From Dehalococcoidia bacterium (GTDB lineage Bacteria > Chloroflexota > Dehalococcoidia > DSTF01 > JACRBR01), in NCBI GenBank assembly GCA_041494685.1, contig JBGQBE010000018.1, positions 1 through 54,063 of the forward strand: a DNA stretch of 54,063 nucleotides. Reading direction: 5' to 3'. The first letter of the stretch is position 1. Each line of letters opens with the position of its first letter. Positions 9,635 through 20,104 of this stretch are shown piece by piece. The notes beneath the pieces were generated by a model. It did not search any database. It worked only from the letters and a program-made list of their open reading frames with translations, and was not told the origin of the DNA. A program made the position numbers and the translations under genes.

Positions 9635-10549
9635 TCAGTTCTTGCGCCGGCTGCGCAGCCTCGGGTCCAGGATGTCCCGCAGCGCGTCGCCGAACAGGCT
9701 GAACCCCAGCACCGTCAGGGCGATCGCCGCGCCCGGGAAGAACGCCCACGGCACGTGTACCGGGAAGCCGTTGCGCGCCCGGTTCACGTCGCCACCCCAC
9801 GTCACTGCGCTGGGAATGCCGAGGCCGAGAAACGACAGTGAGGCCTCCGCCAGCACGGCCGTGCCCAGCAACGACGTCATCACGATGATCGCCAGCGCCA
9901 TCACGTTCGGCGCGATATGGAACAGCAGGATCCGCGGCGTCGAGGCACCAAGCACGATGGCCGCTTCCACGTACTGGTTGTTTCTCTGCGACACCACCTC
10001 GCCGCGCACCACGCGCGCAACGCCCGGGATGATCGCGATGCCGATCGCCACGACCAGCGTCTTGACGGATGCGCCCATCACCTGCCGCAAGATCAGGAGC
10101 AGCAGCAGCGCCGGAAACGAGATCGCCATGTCGACGAGGCGGGAGATGAACGCGTCGATGACGCCGCCGACGTAGCCGGCGATGATGCCGAGCGCCGTGC
10201 CGGCGAGCGTGCCGAACAGCACGGCCAGCAGGCCCACCATCAGCGAGATGCGGGCGCCGTACAGGACGCGGCTGAACATGTCGCGCCCCAGGTCGTCGGT
10301 ACCGAACGGGTGGCTCATCGAAGGGTTCGCGAGCTTCGGCCCCGCCTGCAACTGGTCGGGAGCGTAGGGCGCGATGAACGGCGCCGAGATCGCCACGAGC
10401 ACCAGCACGACGACAATCGCGAGCCCGATCACGCCCAGCGGGTTATCGCGGACCACGCCTGAGATGCGCCGGCGCCGCGAGATAACCGGAGCCGTCCAGT
10501 CGAGTGGGCTCGCGAGGGCCGGAGCGCGGTCGGACAGCTCTGTCGTCAT
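9635..10549 (-). CDS. Peptide/nickel ABC transporter permease (DppC/OppC-like)
   Basis: HPFGTDDLGRD, YVEAA loop, EASLSFLGLG, GDALRDILDPR; ATGA overlap with the upstream permease. Confidence 0.93.
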   Translation of the reverse strand: MTTELSDRAPALASPLDWTAPVISRRRRISGVVRDNPLGVIGLAIVVVLVLVAISAPFIAPYAPDQLQAGPKLANPSMSHPFGTDDLGRDMFSRVLYGARISLMVGLLAVLFGTLAGTALGIIAGYVGGVIDAFISRLVDMAISFPALLLLLILRQVMGASVKTLVVAIGIAIIPGVARVVRGEVVSQRNNQYVEAAIVLGASTPRILLFHIAPNVMALAIIVMTSLLGTAVLAEASLSFLGLGIPSAVTWGGDVNRARNGFPVHVPWAFFPGAAIALTVLGFSLFGDALRDILDPRLRSRRKN

Positions 10550-11493
10550 GAGTACCTGATCCGTGGATCCAGCCACGCGTACGTCACGTCCACCGCAAGG
10601 TTCAGCACCACGACGACGACGCCCACGTACAGCGTGAGCGTCTGCACCACCTGGTAATCCTTGAACACGAGCGCGTCGAGGAAATACTTACCCACACCCT
10701 GCAGGTTGAAGATATTCTCGATGATCACCGCACCGCCGAGTTCACCGGCGATCTGCAGGCCGGTGACCGTCACCACTGGTATCAGGGAATTCTTGAGCGC
10801 GTGCCGCAGGATGACGGACCGGTCACTCAGCCCTTTCGCGCGCGCCGTGCGGATGTAGTCCTTCCACATCACCTCCAGCATCGCCGAGCGCGTCAGCCGC
10901 ATCACGCTGGCCGCCGCGACAGCGCCCAGGATGATCGCCGGCGGCACGAACTGCCGCAGGTTGTTCCACGGACTGTCGAAGAAGCCGATCGTCTTCGTGA
11001 TCGGCGGCGCGTAGCCCCACATCTGCTGCGGCACCAGCAACATCAGCGTGGCCAGCCAGAAGCTGGGTACGGCAAGCCCGATGATCGCGCCGAAGCGCAC
11101 CACGAAGTCCAGCGGCGAATTGCGGAAGATCGCGGAGAGAATGCCGAACGGGACGCCGATGGCGAGCGTCGTGAAGATCGTGATCAGCAGCAGCTCCACC
11201 GTGACCGGCAGCCGCCGGCGCATCTCGTGCTGGACCGTGCCACCGTTCCAGTCGTGTCCCAGGCTGCCGGTCACGAGCTGCTTCGTCCAGTGCCCGTACT
11301 GGGTAAGGTACGAGTCGTCCAGCCCCATCTCCTGGCGGAGCGCATGGTAGCGCTCGTCCGTACACGTGAGCCCGCAGCGGATCCGCGCCGGATCGGCGCC
11401 CGGCGCAACGCGCAGCAAGAGGAACACGAGGATCGAAAGCGCCACCAGCATGACGACGGACTGCAGGATCCGGCGGGTGATGTACTGCTGCAC
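10546..11493 (-). CDS. Peptide/nickel ABC transporter permease (DppB/OppB-like)
   Basis: RLTRSAMLEV...DYIRTARAKGL, HALKNSLIPV, LDPRIRY. Confidence 0.94.
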   Translation of the reverse strand: MQQYITRRILQSVVMLVALSILVFLLLRVAPGADPARIRCGLTCTDERYHALRQEMGLDDSYLTQYGHWTKQLVTGSLGHDWNGGTVQHEMRRRLPVTVELLLITIFTTLAIGVPFGILSAIFRNSPLDFVVRFGAIIGLAVPSFWLATLMLLVPQQMWGYAPPITKTIGFFDSPWNNLRQFVPPAIILGAVAAASVMRLTRSAMLEVMWKDYIRTARAKGLSDRSVILRHALKNSLIPVVTVTGLQIAGELGGAVIIENIFNLQGVGKYFLDALVFKDYQVVQTLTLYVGVVVVVLNLAVDVTYAWLDPRIRYS

Positions 11494-11503
11494 ATGCCCT
11501 CCG

Positions 11504-13222
11504 CTACAGGTCGAGCCAGGTGTCGCTGAGGAACGTGGCCGTGTCCGCCAGTTCTTGGACGTTCTTCACGAAGTCCCAGTAGAGCCTGTCGGCGTACCAC
11601 GAGAAGATCGGCAGGAACGCCGGCCCCTTGTCGTACACCACCTTCTGCGCCGCGCGCACCTTGGCGATGTGATCCTGCTGGTCCTTCGCTCGCTTGGAGT
11701 CCAGGATCGCCGCCTCGACCTCCGGGTAGATGCTCCCGATGCCCGTCGCGAAGTGGCCGTCGCCCGCGGGCCCCTTCGCCGACTGCCAGTCAAGGGCGAT
11801 CTCCGGCGTCTCGTAGATCTGGTTGAGCGAGAGCGACGCGTCGTATTTGACGTCGGTGTAGTCGCCCAGCCAGGCCGTGAAGTCCTTCGGATCCTCCTGG
11901 ACGTCGAAGCCGGCTTCCTTCATCTGCTTCAGGAAGATCGGCACGTGCTTGTCGTGGAACTCGATGTCGCTGACCGGGTAGGTGATCTTCACCTTGATCG
12001 TGTCGTTGCCGGTCGCGGCCTTGATCAGGTCGCGCGACTGCTTCGGGTCGTACTTCTGAAACTCGTCCAGTTCGGTCTCGTTGAACGCATAGGGGCCCGT
12101 CGGCCAGTGGACGAGGCCGTCCGGCTTCCCCTCGCCTTCGCCGACGATCAGGTCGACGAACTGCTTGCGGTCGAGCGCGTGCAGCGCGGCCTTGCGGATG
12201 CGGTCGTCCTTCCACGGGTCGCGCGTGGGGTTCATGCTGAACGAGATGAACGTGAAGCTGGGCGCGCGCGAAATGTACAGCGACTTGTTCTGGTTCACCA
12301 ACTCCTTCGCCTCGGTCGAATCCGCGGCGTCGTAGTAGTACGTCTGTTTGCTCAGGAACGCCGTCCTGCGTGCCTGGCGGTCAGTGATGAGCGATGTGTC
12401 GATCGCATCGACGAACGGGAGCTTCAAGCCCGATTTCTCGTCGGTCCGGTAGTAGTTCGGGTTCCGCTCCAACACGACGCTTCCGGACTCCTGGTAGGAG
12501 CCGGGCTTGATCATGAACGGGCCCGCGCCGGCGGCCTGGTCGCGGAGGCCGATCTTCTGCTCGAAGGCCTCGCGCGGCGGGATGGTGCCGCCAAGCGCGC
12601 GACCGATCCTGCTGAGGAAGTAGGCGTAGGCGCCCTTCGTCTTGAACGTGAACGTGTCGCCCTTCGCCTCGGCGACGTCCACCCACACCTCCGTAAACAC
12701 CCGCTCGATGACATCGTTTTCGGCGTGCGCGCGCTCGATCGACCTCTGCACGTCCAGCGCGTCCATATCCCGCTCCGGGATGCCGAGACTGTTCGGGGCG
12801 ATCTTGACCCCGGGCCGAATCTTGAAGATGTACGTCTGCTCGTCGACCTGCTCGAAGGACTGCGCAAGGTCGTAGAAGATGAAGCTGGGGTCCGCGTTGG
12901 ACCTGCTGATCAGGACGTTGTAGAGCTTCGGCAGGATGCCGGTGGCGTTGCCGACCGACACCTGCGGGTCGATCGTGCCCCAGGCGCCCTGGTTGACGGC
13001 CTTGAAGCGGCCGCCCAGCTTCGGCGGCCCGGCGGCGACCGTCGCCCCTCCCGTGGCCTGCGTCGCGGCGCCTGGCGTCTTGCCGGCCGAGGAGTCGCTG
13101 CTCCCACCGCCGCAGGCTGCGGCGAGCGCCAGCCCTGACGCGCCCAGGCCCATCGCCGCGAGCATCCGCCGCCGCGAGATGCGATCGCGTTCTATGCGGA
13201 ACCAGTAGCTACGATCATCCAC
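11504..13222 (-). CDS. Family 5 ABC substrate-binding lipoprotein, Tat-type signal
   Basis: SRRRML twin-arginine plus LAAAC lipobox; GAGPF, LERNPNYY, RIRKAALHALDR. Confidence 0.9.
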   Translation of the reverse strand: MDDRSYWFRIERDRISRRRMLAAMGLGASGLALAAACGGGSSDSSAGKTPGAATQATGGATVAAGPPKLGGRFKAVNQGAWGTIDPQVSVGNATGILPKLYNVLISRSNADPSFIFYDLAQSFEQVDEQTYIFKIRPGVKIAPNSLGIPERDMDALDVQRSIERAHAENDVIERVFTEVWVDVAEAKGDTFTFKTKGAYAYFLSRIGRALGGTIPPREAFEQKIGLRDQAAGAGPFMIKPGSYQESGSVVLERNPNYYRTDEKSGLKLPFVDAIDTSLITDRQARRTAFLSKQTYYYDAADSTEAKELVNQNKSLYISRAPSFTFISFSMNPTRDPWKDDRIRKAALHALDRKQFVDLIVGEGEGKPDGLVHWPTGPYAFNETELDEFQKYDPKQSRDLIKAATGNDTIKVKITYPVSDIEFHDKHVPIFLKQMKEAGFDVQEDPKDFTAWLGDYTDVKYDASLSLNQIYETPEIALDWQSAKGPAGDGHFATGIGSIYPEVEAAILDSKRAKDQQDHIAKVRAAQKVVYDKGPAFLPIFSWYADRLYWDFVKNVQELADTATFLSDTWLDL

Positions 13223-13422
13223 CTGTTCCTCCTTATCGTGCCGGGAAGTCCATCATAGGCAGGCCGTTCCCCGGCAGTCACCATCGAATGGCCCATCTGA
13301 TAGGGCCGTTCGGATAGGGCCACACGCCCCGAGCCGGGTCCGAACCGGCATGGTCCGTCCTTCAGCACACCGCGGACCGCTAACCGCTCGCTAGACTGAG
13401 TGGCTTGAAAGGGAGGCGGTTC

Positions 13423-14370
13423 ATGGCGACCGTGGAGACCGTACTGGGCCCCGTCGACTCCGCAACGCTCGGACTCACGCTGAGCCACGAACATGTGCTC
13501 GTCGCGATGGGCGAAGACAACCACCACTACCCATGGCTGTTCGACTGGGAACGCACGCGCGCGAACGCCGTCCGCGAACTCAGCGAGGCGAAGGCCGGCG
13601 CCGTCGACACGATCATCGATCTCACCACGCCCGACCTCGGCCGCGACGTGGAGTTCGTCCGCGATGTGGCGGCGGCCGCCGGGATCAACGTCGTCGTCGC
13701 GACCGGCATCTGGCGCGATGTGCCGCGCTCATTCTGGTCGCGCGATCCTGACGATGTCGCGGACATCTTCGTGCGCGAGATCGAAGTCGGCATCGGCAGC
13801 ACCGGCATCAAGGCAGGCGTGATCAAGGTCGCGAACGACGCGGAAGGCGTGACGCCGCAGGCGGAGCCTGTCCTGCGCGGCGCAGCACGCGCGCTCAAAC
13901 GCACCGGCTGCCCGATCAGCACGCATCACTGGGCGCCCGCGGAAGTCGGCAGGCGCCAGGTCGAGATCTTCCGCGAAGAAGGCGCGCCGATGGACCGCAT
14001 CTGTATCGGCCACAGCGCCGACACGACGGACGCCGACTACCTGGAGGAGCTGCTGCGGTCCGGCGTCTACCTGTCGATGGACCGCTATCCGGGGGGCGAA
14101 GGACGCCCCTCCTGGCAGGAACGCAACGCGACCGTGAAAGCCCTGGTTGACCGCGGCTGGGCCCATCGCCTCATGCTCGGCCACGACCACGCGCCCGCGC
14201 CCGTACCGGCACATCGCGGCGACGGCGCCGGCCCGCCCGGCGTCACGCGCTATCTCTTCGTATCGACCGTGGCCCTGCCCGCGTTGCTCGCCGCGGGCGT
14301 GAGCCAGTCGGACATCGACCTGATGATGCGCGACGCACCGCGGCGCTTCCTGACCGGTGAGGCGACATGA
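13423..14370 (+). CDS. Phosphotriesterase-family amidohydrolase
   Basis: VETVLGPV, TLSHEH, GIKAGVIKVA, ISTH, IGH, LGHD metal ligands. Confidence 0.92.
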   Translation: MATVETVLGPVDSATLGLTLSHEHVLVAMGEDNHHYPWLFDWERTRANAVRELSEAKAGAVDTIIDLTTPDLGRDVEFVRDVAAAAGINVVVATGIWRDVPRSFWSRDPDDVADIFVREIEVGIGSTGIKAGVIKVANDAEGVTPQAEPVLRGAARALKRTGCPISTHHWAPAEVGRRQVEIFREEGAPMDRICIGHSADTTDADYLEELLRSGVYLSMDRYPGGEGRPSWQERNATVKALVDRGWAHRLMLGHDHAPAPVPAHRGDGAGPPGVTRYLFVSTVALPALLAAGVSQSDIDLMMRDAPRRFLTGEAT

Positions 14371-15437
14371 CTAGACCCGACCTCCGCGTCGGCATCATCG
14401 GCGCCGGGCGCATCGCCGACCTGCACGCGCTGGCGTACGGCGCGGGCGCGCGCGCTTCGATCTACGCCGTCTGCGATGCCGACGAGAAGATCGCGGCGGC
14501 GCGCGCGCACGAGTGGGGCGCCGAGCGGTCGTACACCGACTACCGCGATCTCCTGGCCGACGATCGCGTCGACGCGATCGAGGTGATCCTGCCGCACCAC
14601 CTGCACGAAGAGGTGACGCTCGCCGCGCTTGCGGCCGGCAAGCCCGTCTCGGTGCAGAAGCCAATGGCGCGATCGGTCGCCGAGTCCCGCCGCATGGTCG
14701 ACGCGGCGGCAGCGGCGAACGTCGACCTCCGTGTGCTCGAGAACTTCCGCCACTATCCGCCCGTCGTCGAGGCGAGGCGCATGATCGACGACGGTGCGAT
14801 CGGCGAGCCCACGACGCAGCACATCAGCGTCATCGGCGGCGGCGGCAACGGCTGGGCGGTGCCCGGCCGGGCGTGGCGCTGGCGGCTCGACGCGGACCTC
14901 TGCGGCGGCGGCCCGTGCATCTTCGACCACGGCTACCACATCTTCTCGATCGCGCGGTACCTGCTCGGCCCGGTCGAAGAGGTCTTCGCGTGGATCCTCA
15001 CCTCCGAGATCGCCCGCATCGAGATCGACCGGCCGGCGCTCATCGCGTGGAAGCACACCGCCCGCAACCGTCTCGGCTCGTGGGAAACGACGGGCTCGCC
15101 GGAGCTGCTGGTACCGTCGAAGTACTACACGAACGACGAGCGCGTGCAGATCGTCGGCGAGAAGGGGATCATCTGGATCAACCACTGCTCCGGCCTGCTG
15201 ACCTCGGCGCCGCCGCTGGTGCTGTATCGCGACGGCGTCACGACGGAGTACCACGCGATCGAGTCGGATTGGGGCGCGAGCTTCCGCATCGGCGGCCGCG
15301 ACTGGCACGCCCATCTGCTCGACGGCACGCCCTGTGAGATGACCGCTGCCGAGGGCCTCGATGTCATGCGCTTCAGCGAGGCCGCACACATATCCGCGAC
15401 CGAGCGCCGCCTCGTGCGCATCGACGAGATGGCCTGA
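14367..15437 (+). CDS. Gfo/Idh/MocA family oxidoreductase
   Basis: VGIIGAGRIA Rossmann motif, AGKPVSVQKPMA, GGGxxxDHGYH. Confidence 0.92.
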   Translation: MTRPDLRVGIIGAGRIADLHALAYGAGARASIYAVCDADEKIAAARAHEWGAERSYTDYRDLLADDRVDAIEVILPHHLHEEVTLAALAAGKPVSVQKPMARSVAESRRMVDAAAAANVDLRVLENFRHYPPVVEARRMIDDGAIGEPTTQHISVIGGGGNGWAVPGRAWRWRLDADLCGGGPCIFDHGYHIFSIARYLLGPVEEVFAWILTSEIARIEIDRPALIAWKHTARNRLGSWETTGSPELLVPSKYYTNDERVQIVGEKGIIWINHCSGLLTSAPPLVLYRDGVTTEYHAIESDWGASFRIGGRDWHAHLLDGTPCEMTAAEGLDVMRFSEAAHISATERRLVRIDEMA

Positions 15438-15565
15438 GCCGTCCCCGCTCGGCGGCAGCGGCGGCACGCTGCGGACGTGTGCGTCGGGCCGCTATAGCTG
15501 TTCGAAATGCTCCCGGAGGCGGGACGCGGCGGTTGGTGTGATCGGGATCGTCATGACGACTCTCC

Positions 15566-16210
15566 TTATCCTCCGGCGCTCAGCGCCTGCACCTTCTTGA
15601 TGACGTCGTCCGTCGGCGCCCGCATGCTGGCGTAGTCCTGCCACCAGCGGATCTCCCCACCCTTGTCGATGAACACGAACGTGTGGTTCGGCTTGTCGGC
15701 GTGCATGCCGAACCCCAGCATGTTGTATTGCTGCGACACACTGCGGTCCGTGTCGGAGAGGACGGGCATCTTCAGGCCCCAGCGAGTCACCTCGCTTTTG
15801 ATGAGATTGGGCGGGTCCACCATGATGTCCAGGAACTCGGTGTTGGCGGCCTCCATGTCGGCGCTTCTCTTTTGGAGATCCTGCGCCTGCTGCCAGCACG
15901 GCGCACATCCGTACCCTTCGTTGAAGTACAGCAAGACGTTGCGCTGCCCCTTGAAGGACGAGAGTGTCACCGGCTGTCCGTTCACGGAGGGCAGCGTGAA
16001 GTCGGGCGCCGCACCGGTGAGCGGCGTGCCCGCGCCCGCATCATGAGCCGTACTCCGGGAAAGCATGACAAGGAACGCCGCGACAACGACGAAGGACGCG
16101 CCGATCGCGACGTACATGATCGACTTCACGAGGCTCCGCCGTCGCCGGCGTTGAAGCCGGACCGTCTGGCTGTCGCGCCGCCTGGCGCCGGCCGTTGAGC
16201 TGCTAGCCAT
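15566..16210 (-). CDS. Membrane-anchored redoxin (AhpC/TSA/TlpA-like)
   Basis: N-terminal TM, APDFTL, CAPC motif, FVFIDKGG. Confidence 0.85.
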   Translation of the reverse strand: MASSSTAGARRRDSQTVRLQRRRRRSLVKSIMYVAIGASFVVVAAFLVMLSRSTAHDAGAGTPLTGAAPDFTLPSVNGQPVTLSSFKGQRNVLLYFNEGYGCAPCWQQAQDLQKRSADMEAANTEFLDIMVDPPNLIKSEVTRWGLKMPVLSDTDRSVSQQYNMLGFGMHADKPNHTFVFIDKGGEIRWWQDYASMRAPTDDVIKKVQALSAGG

Positions 16211-17198
16211 GGTGCACCTCCTCGAGTGTTGCGGGGGACGGCGATGTCGTGTCGCGCGCTGCCGGCGAGGCCGCCGATGCGCGTCCGGCGCGTCCGATAC
16301 GGAAGGCGGCTACACGACGCAGGCGGTCGGCGATACGTCCGCGCACGGGGCGGGCGAGGCCGGGGAACGCCTTCGCCAGGAGATAGATCGTGCCCGCGGC
16401 GAGGAGCGCGGCGAAGATAGCATCGGGCACACCGCCGATGAGCGAGACGAAGCGATCAGCCACGCCAGTGAGCCATGCGCTGAACCGCACCTGCGCGCCG
16501 GTCGCGCCGGTCACCTCGCCTGTGAACGCCAACGTGATGATCAGCACGCCCATGGCGATGAACATGACGCCGGCCAGCAGGTTCGTCGAATGGAGGGAGC
16601 CCTTGAGGCGCCCGGCGCCGATGGTGAGTCGCCGCCCGCGCACGACCGGGTGGTTCGCCAGCTCGAGCCGATCCCAGAAGTAGGCGAGCGCGAGCAGCGG
16701 CGCGACCATGCCGAGGATGTAGGCGCTGCCTATCATCAGCGCCTGCGGAAGCGACGACGAGACGGCGGACAGCGTGAGCACGCCGGCAAGCACCGGCGCA
16801 CAGCACGAGCTGGCGGCGCCCGAGAAAACGCCGAGACCGAAGACGGACGCGACGCTGTAGTTGCCTGTTGGGGCCGGCCGCATCGGCAGCGCGAAATTGC
16901 GTCCAGCCAGCGACCAGCCGCCGAGGAAGACGAGGAAGACGCCGCCGACGATGAACACTTCCGTGTGGAACGCGCCCAGCATGTCGGCCAGCACGGCGAC
17001 GCCGAGGACCATCGGCAGCAGCACGACGGCGATGCCCGCGGCGAAGATGAAGGTCATCGCCAGCACGGCGCGCTGCGCGCGATAGACGCTCGCCAGGTAC
17101 GCGGGAAGCAGATACGTGACGCAGCACGGCGCGGCGAGCGCGAGCATGCCACCGACGAATGCGACGAGGACCGACGACGTGGCGACGAGCGGTCCCAT
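16203..17198 (-). CDS. CcdA/DsbD-like disulfide-transfer membrane protein
   Basis: APCCVTYLLPAY and SSCCAPVL motifs; multiple TM helices. Confidence 0.85.
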   Translation of the reverse strand: MGPLVATSSVLVAFVGGMLALAAPCCVTYLLPAYLASVYRAQRAVLAMTFIFAAGIAVVLLPMVLGVAVLADMLGAFHTEVFIVGGVFLVFLGGWSLAGRNFALPMRPAPTGNYSVASVFGLGVFSGAASSCCAPVLAGVLTLSAVSSSLPQALMIGSAYILGMVAPLLALAYFWDRLELANHPVVRGRRLTIGAGRLKGSLHSTNLLAGVMFIAMGVLIITLAFTGEVTGATGAQVRFSAWLTGVADRFVSLIGGVPDAIFAALLAAGTIYLLAKAFPGLARPVRGRIADRLRRVAAFRIGRAGRASAASPAARDTTSPSPATLEEVHHG

Positions 17199-17200
17199 CG

Positions 17201-17464
17201 TCAGCTCCCGCTGGGCACGAACCCGAGAGCGGCCTCCAGGTCGGGCAACTCGACGTCACCCTCCGCCACGATGGTGTCGTCGATGATCAGCGTGGGGAGC
17301 GTCCACACGCGATGGCGCGCGGCGAGGGCGATGCCGTCGTCCGTCAACATGTCGACGTCCTCGACGATCAGATCCGTGTGGCGAGCCTGGAGTTCTTCCA
17401 GGTGGATCTTGACGCGCTCGCAAGGCCGGCAACCCAGGGCCGAGATCACTCGTACAGCTGGCAT
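17201..17464 (-). CDS. Glutaredoxin/thioredoxin-like protein
   Basis: 87 aa, GCRPC, LPTLIID cis-Pro motif. Confidence 0.8.
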   Translation of the reverse strand: MPAVRVISALGCRPCERVKIHLEELQARHTDLIVEDVDMLTDDGIALAARHRVWTLPTLIIDDTIVAEGDVELPDLEAALGFVPSGS

Positions 17465-17550
17465 GGCGCCTCCTTTTCACCGCGATAAACCGTCACGTAG
17501 ATCATCGCCCAAACGGCGCGGGCGTCTGCCGGGCAGCGTTGGTCTCCCTG

Positions 17551-17597
17551 TGCGGGGTTTTGCCCCGCATAGGGGCGCCTCGGCAAACGGATACAAT
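17551..17597 (+). promoter_or_regulatory. Palindromic operator and -10 element upstream of the sensor kinase
   Basis: TGCGGGG-ttttg-CCCCGCA inverted repeat, then TACAAT at 17592; related to the motifs at 19301 and 21917. Confidence 0.5.
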
Positions 17598-17615
17598 CCC
17601 GAACAGGAGAGGCGT

Positions 17616-18620
17616 ATGCGTTACCTGCAAGGGATGTCGCTGCTCTACCGGCTCGTCGCCGTGAGCGCGATCGCCGCGGCAGCCATGGCCGTGGTTGCGT
17701 TCTGGGTGACAACGGAGCACATCGCGGCGCCACACAGCGGCCCCCATTGGAACGTGGCGATCCCGCTCGTGGCCGGTGGACTCATCGTCACGTTAGGGAC
17801 CGTCTTCGCGTTGACGCGCGCCGTCCTCCGCCCCGTGGAGGAACTGGAGACGAGCATCGTCGCATTCGGGGAGGGCGACACGTCGGCGCGCGCGCGCCGG
17901 TATCCGTTCACGGACGCGCAGTTAACGCGCCTTACGCTGGCGTTCAATCACATGGCGGATCAGCTCGTGGAGAAGCAGGCGAAGCTGACCGAGATGTCGT
18001 CGCGCGTGATCGCCGCGCATGAGGACGAGCGCCGCAGGCTATCCAGAGAGCTTCATGACGACGCCGGCCAGAACCTCACGACGATCCTCCTCGGTCTCAA
18101 ACGCCTGGAGACGCTGGGTTCGCTTGACGAAGTGCGGGAGAAGCTGCCATCGCTCCGCAGCCAGCTATCCGCCGCGCTCGACGGCATGCGCAGTCTGGCG
18201 TGGAGGCTGCGGCCCTCGGTGCTCGATGATCTGGGTCTCGCGGCGGCGGTGCGATCGTCGGTGGCCGAGTTCGAGACGGTGACGCCGACGAAGGTGCAGC
18301 TGGAGGTCGAGGCGCTGGAGACGCGGATACCCGGTGACTCTGAGATCGTCCTGTATCGCGTCTTTCAAGAAGCGATGACGAACGTTGCCAGACATGCCCA
18401 TGCAAAGGTCGCGCGCGTCAGCGCCGCGCGGGACGATCACGTCCTGCGGCTCACGATCGAGGACGACGGCGCGGGTTTCGCGCCCTCATCAAACTCGCTC
18501 GGAGAGCGAGGCATTGGCCTGTTCGGCATGGCCGAGAGGCTGGCGCTGATCGGCGGCGTTCTGGAGATTCGCAGCGCTCCCGGGCAGGGGACGACGATCG
18601 TCGCGGAGATTCCGATTTGA
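17616..18620 (+). CDS. HisKA_3-type sensor histidine kinase (2 TM, HAMP)
   Basis: ERRRLSRELHDDAGQ, EAMTNVARHA, DDGAGF, GIGLFGM; RBS AGGAGAGG upstream of the ATG at 17616. Confidence 0.93.
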   Translation: MRYLQGMSLLYRLVAVSAIAAAAMAVVAFWVTTEHIAAPHSGPHWNVAIPLVAGGLIVTLGTVFALTRAVLRPVEELETSIVAFGEGDTSARARRYPFTDAQLTRLTLAFNHMADQLVEKQAKLTEMSSRVIAAHEDERRRLSRELHDDAGQNLTTILLGLKRLETLGSLDEVREKLPSLRSQLSAALDGMRSLAWRLRPSVLDDLGLAAAVRSSVAEFETVTPTKVQLEVEALETRIPGDSEIVLYRVFQEAMTNVARHAHAKVARVSAARDDHVLRLTIEDDGAGFAPSSNSLGERGIGLFGMAERLALIGGVLEIRSAPGQGTTIVAEIPI

Positions 18621-19279
18621 TGGATGAGCCTGACAAGATCACGGTCGTGCTGGCGGACGATCACGCGGTGCTCCGCTCCGGGCTCCGCGCGCTGCTCGAC
18701 GCCGAGCCGGACATCGAGGTCGTCGGGGAAGCCGGCGACGGCGAGGCGGCAATCGAGTTGGTGCGGAGCCTGCGTCCGACCGTGGTTGTGATGGATCTCT
18801 CTATGCCGGGAAAAGGCGGGCTGGCAGCGATTAAGGAGATCGTCGCGGACGTGCCGGGCACGCACGTCCTGGTGCTGACGATGCACGACGATGAGCAGTA
18901 CCTGTACCACGTGCTGCAGGCCGGCGGCGAGGGCTACGTCGTCAAGAGCAGCGCCGACACGGACCTTCTCTCCGCGATCCGTACGGTGGCGCACGGCGGC
19001 GTCTTCGTCTACGCGCCCGCCGCGGCGCACATCTTGAAGGGCTACGTCGAGACATCGGGCATGCCCGATCCATCGAAGAAGGGCGGCCTGAGCGAGCGCG
19101 AAGTTGAAGTGCTGCAGCTCACCGCCGAGGGCTTCACCAACCAGGAGATCGCCGACAAGCTCTTCCTCAGCAGAAAGACCGTCGACAGCTACCGCAGCCG
19201 GATCATGGACAAGCTCAACCTGCAGCATCGATCTGAGCTGGTCCGTTACGCCCTGCAGAAGGGCCTGCTTCACGAGTAG
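18620..19279 (+). CDS. NarL/LuxR family response regulator
   Basis: LADDH, MDLSMP receiver; LSEREVEVL...NQEIA...KTV LuxR HTH. Confidence 0.95.
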   Translation: MDEPDKITVVLADDHAVLRSGLRALLDAEPDIEVVGEAGDGEAAIELVRSLRPTVVVMDLSMPGKGGLAAIKEIVADVPGTHVLVLTMHDDEQYLYHVLQAGGEGYVVKSSADTDLLSAIRTVAHGGVFVYAPAAAHILKGYVETSGMPDPSKKGGLSEREVEVLQLTAEGFTNQEIADKLFLSRKTVDSYRSRIMDKLNLQHRSELVRYALQKGLLHE

Positions 19280-19300
19280 CCTGACGCTTCAGGGCAAGCG

Positions 19301-19366
19301 GGGCACTGCCCCACACGATTGCCGCACGTTGCCCCGCTGACTCGCCGCCCCGTCTCCTCGACAATG
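19301..19366 (+). promoter_or_regulatory. Conserved operator-promoter, copy 1
   Basis: GGGCACTGCCCCACACG-N11-TTGCCCCGCTG-N18-TCGACAATG; aligns without gaps to 21917-21982. Confidence 0.6.
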
Positions 19367-19457
19367 CACGCGACGGCCCGCACACGCGCAACAGCACGAT
19401 GTACGGGGTCTTTTCATATCGGCTGCGGGAGCAGAACTAGCTTAGGAAGGAACGTTC

Positions 19458-19907
19458 GTGCTGAAGAAGAAGACGGTGGTGTGGGCACTGGGCCTGGGGC
19501 TGACCAGCTTGATCCTTGCAGTGAGCGCGGCGTGCGGCGAAAGCGCACAAGGTGCGGACCCGACGAACGGCAAACCGGACGTAGTCATCGGCATCTCGCT
19601 GAAGAATCTCCGTTTCACGCCGTCGGCGGTGGAAGTGCCGGCCGGAAAGACCGTGCGCATCAACGTCACGAACATGGATGCCACCGAGCACGATCTGCTC
19701 GTGCAAGGACTCCGGATCGAAAAGGTCGGCGCGGCGACGGGCGCTCACCACGCGGGCGCGACACCGAACATGCTCGTCGTGCACGTCACCGCCAACGGCA
19801 ACGGGAGCATCACATTTCGCACGGACCAGAAGGGGACGTTCGTGTTCAACTGCACGATTCCGGGACACAAGGACGCCGGCATGGTTGGCGAGATGACGGT
19901 GAGCTAG
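19458..19907 (+). CDS. Cupredoxin (blue copper) lipoprotein
   Basis: Signal with AAC lipobox; EH, and CTIPGHKDAGM type-1 Cu ligands. Confidence 0.9.
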   Translation: MLKKKTVVWALGLGLTSLILAVSAACGESAQGADPTNGKPDVVIGISLKNLRFTPSAVEVPAGKTVRINVTNMDATEHDLLVQGLRIEKVGAATGAHHAGATPNMLVVHVTANGNGSITFRTDQKGTFVFNCTIPGHKDAGMVGEMTVS

Positions 19908-20104
19908 GTCCTGCTCCAGGAGGCATCAGTCAGTACAAACGTACGAGCGCGCGCAGCTCTGGCGAGGCGAGTGCCACTCAGATCGCGCCTCTGTGCCGTT
20001 CGCGGGATGGGCCGCCGATGCAAAGGCCATTCGGCCCTAATCGCGGGACGCGCGTCGTGTCACAGTGGACGACCGTTCGCCCAGCGTATCCGTGGAGGTT
20101 CGGC

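Noticed and set aside
9635..13222. ABC transporter lacking ATPase genes as a novelty
   Set aside because: Peptide ABC clusters commonly share ATPases encoded elsewhere.
8371..15467. Long antisense ORFs (8371-9615, 11366-13138, 14250-15467) and similar ones elsewhere
   Set aside because: Shadow frames of high-GC genes with no recognisable motifs.
16209..17615. Long N-terminal extension making an 803-aa kinase
   Set aside because: Antisense to the ccdA-like and glutaredoxin genes; the RBS and -10 support a start at 17616.
19319..20104. N-terminal extension of the reductase (835-aa ORF)
   Set aside because: Overlaps the cupredoxin in another frame; GGAGG precedes the ATG at 20105.
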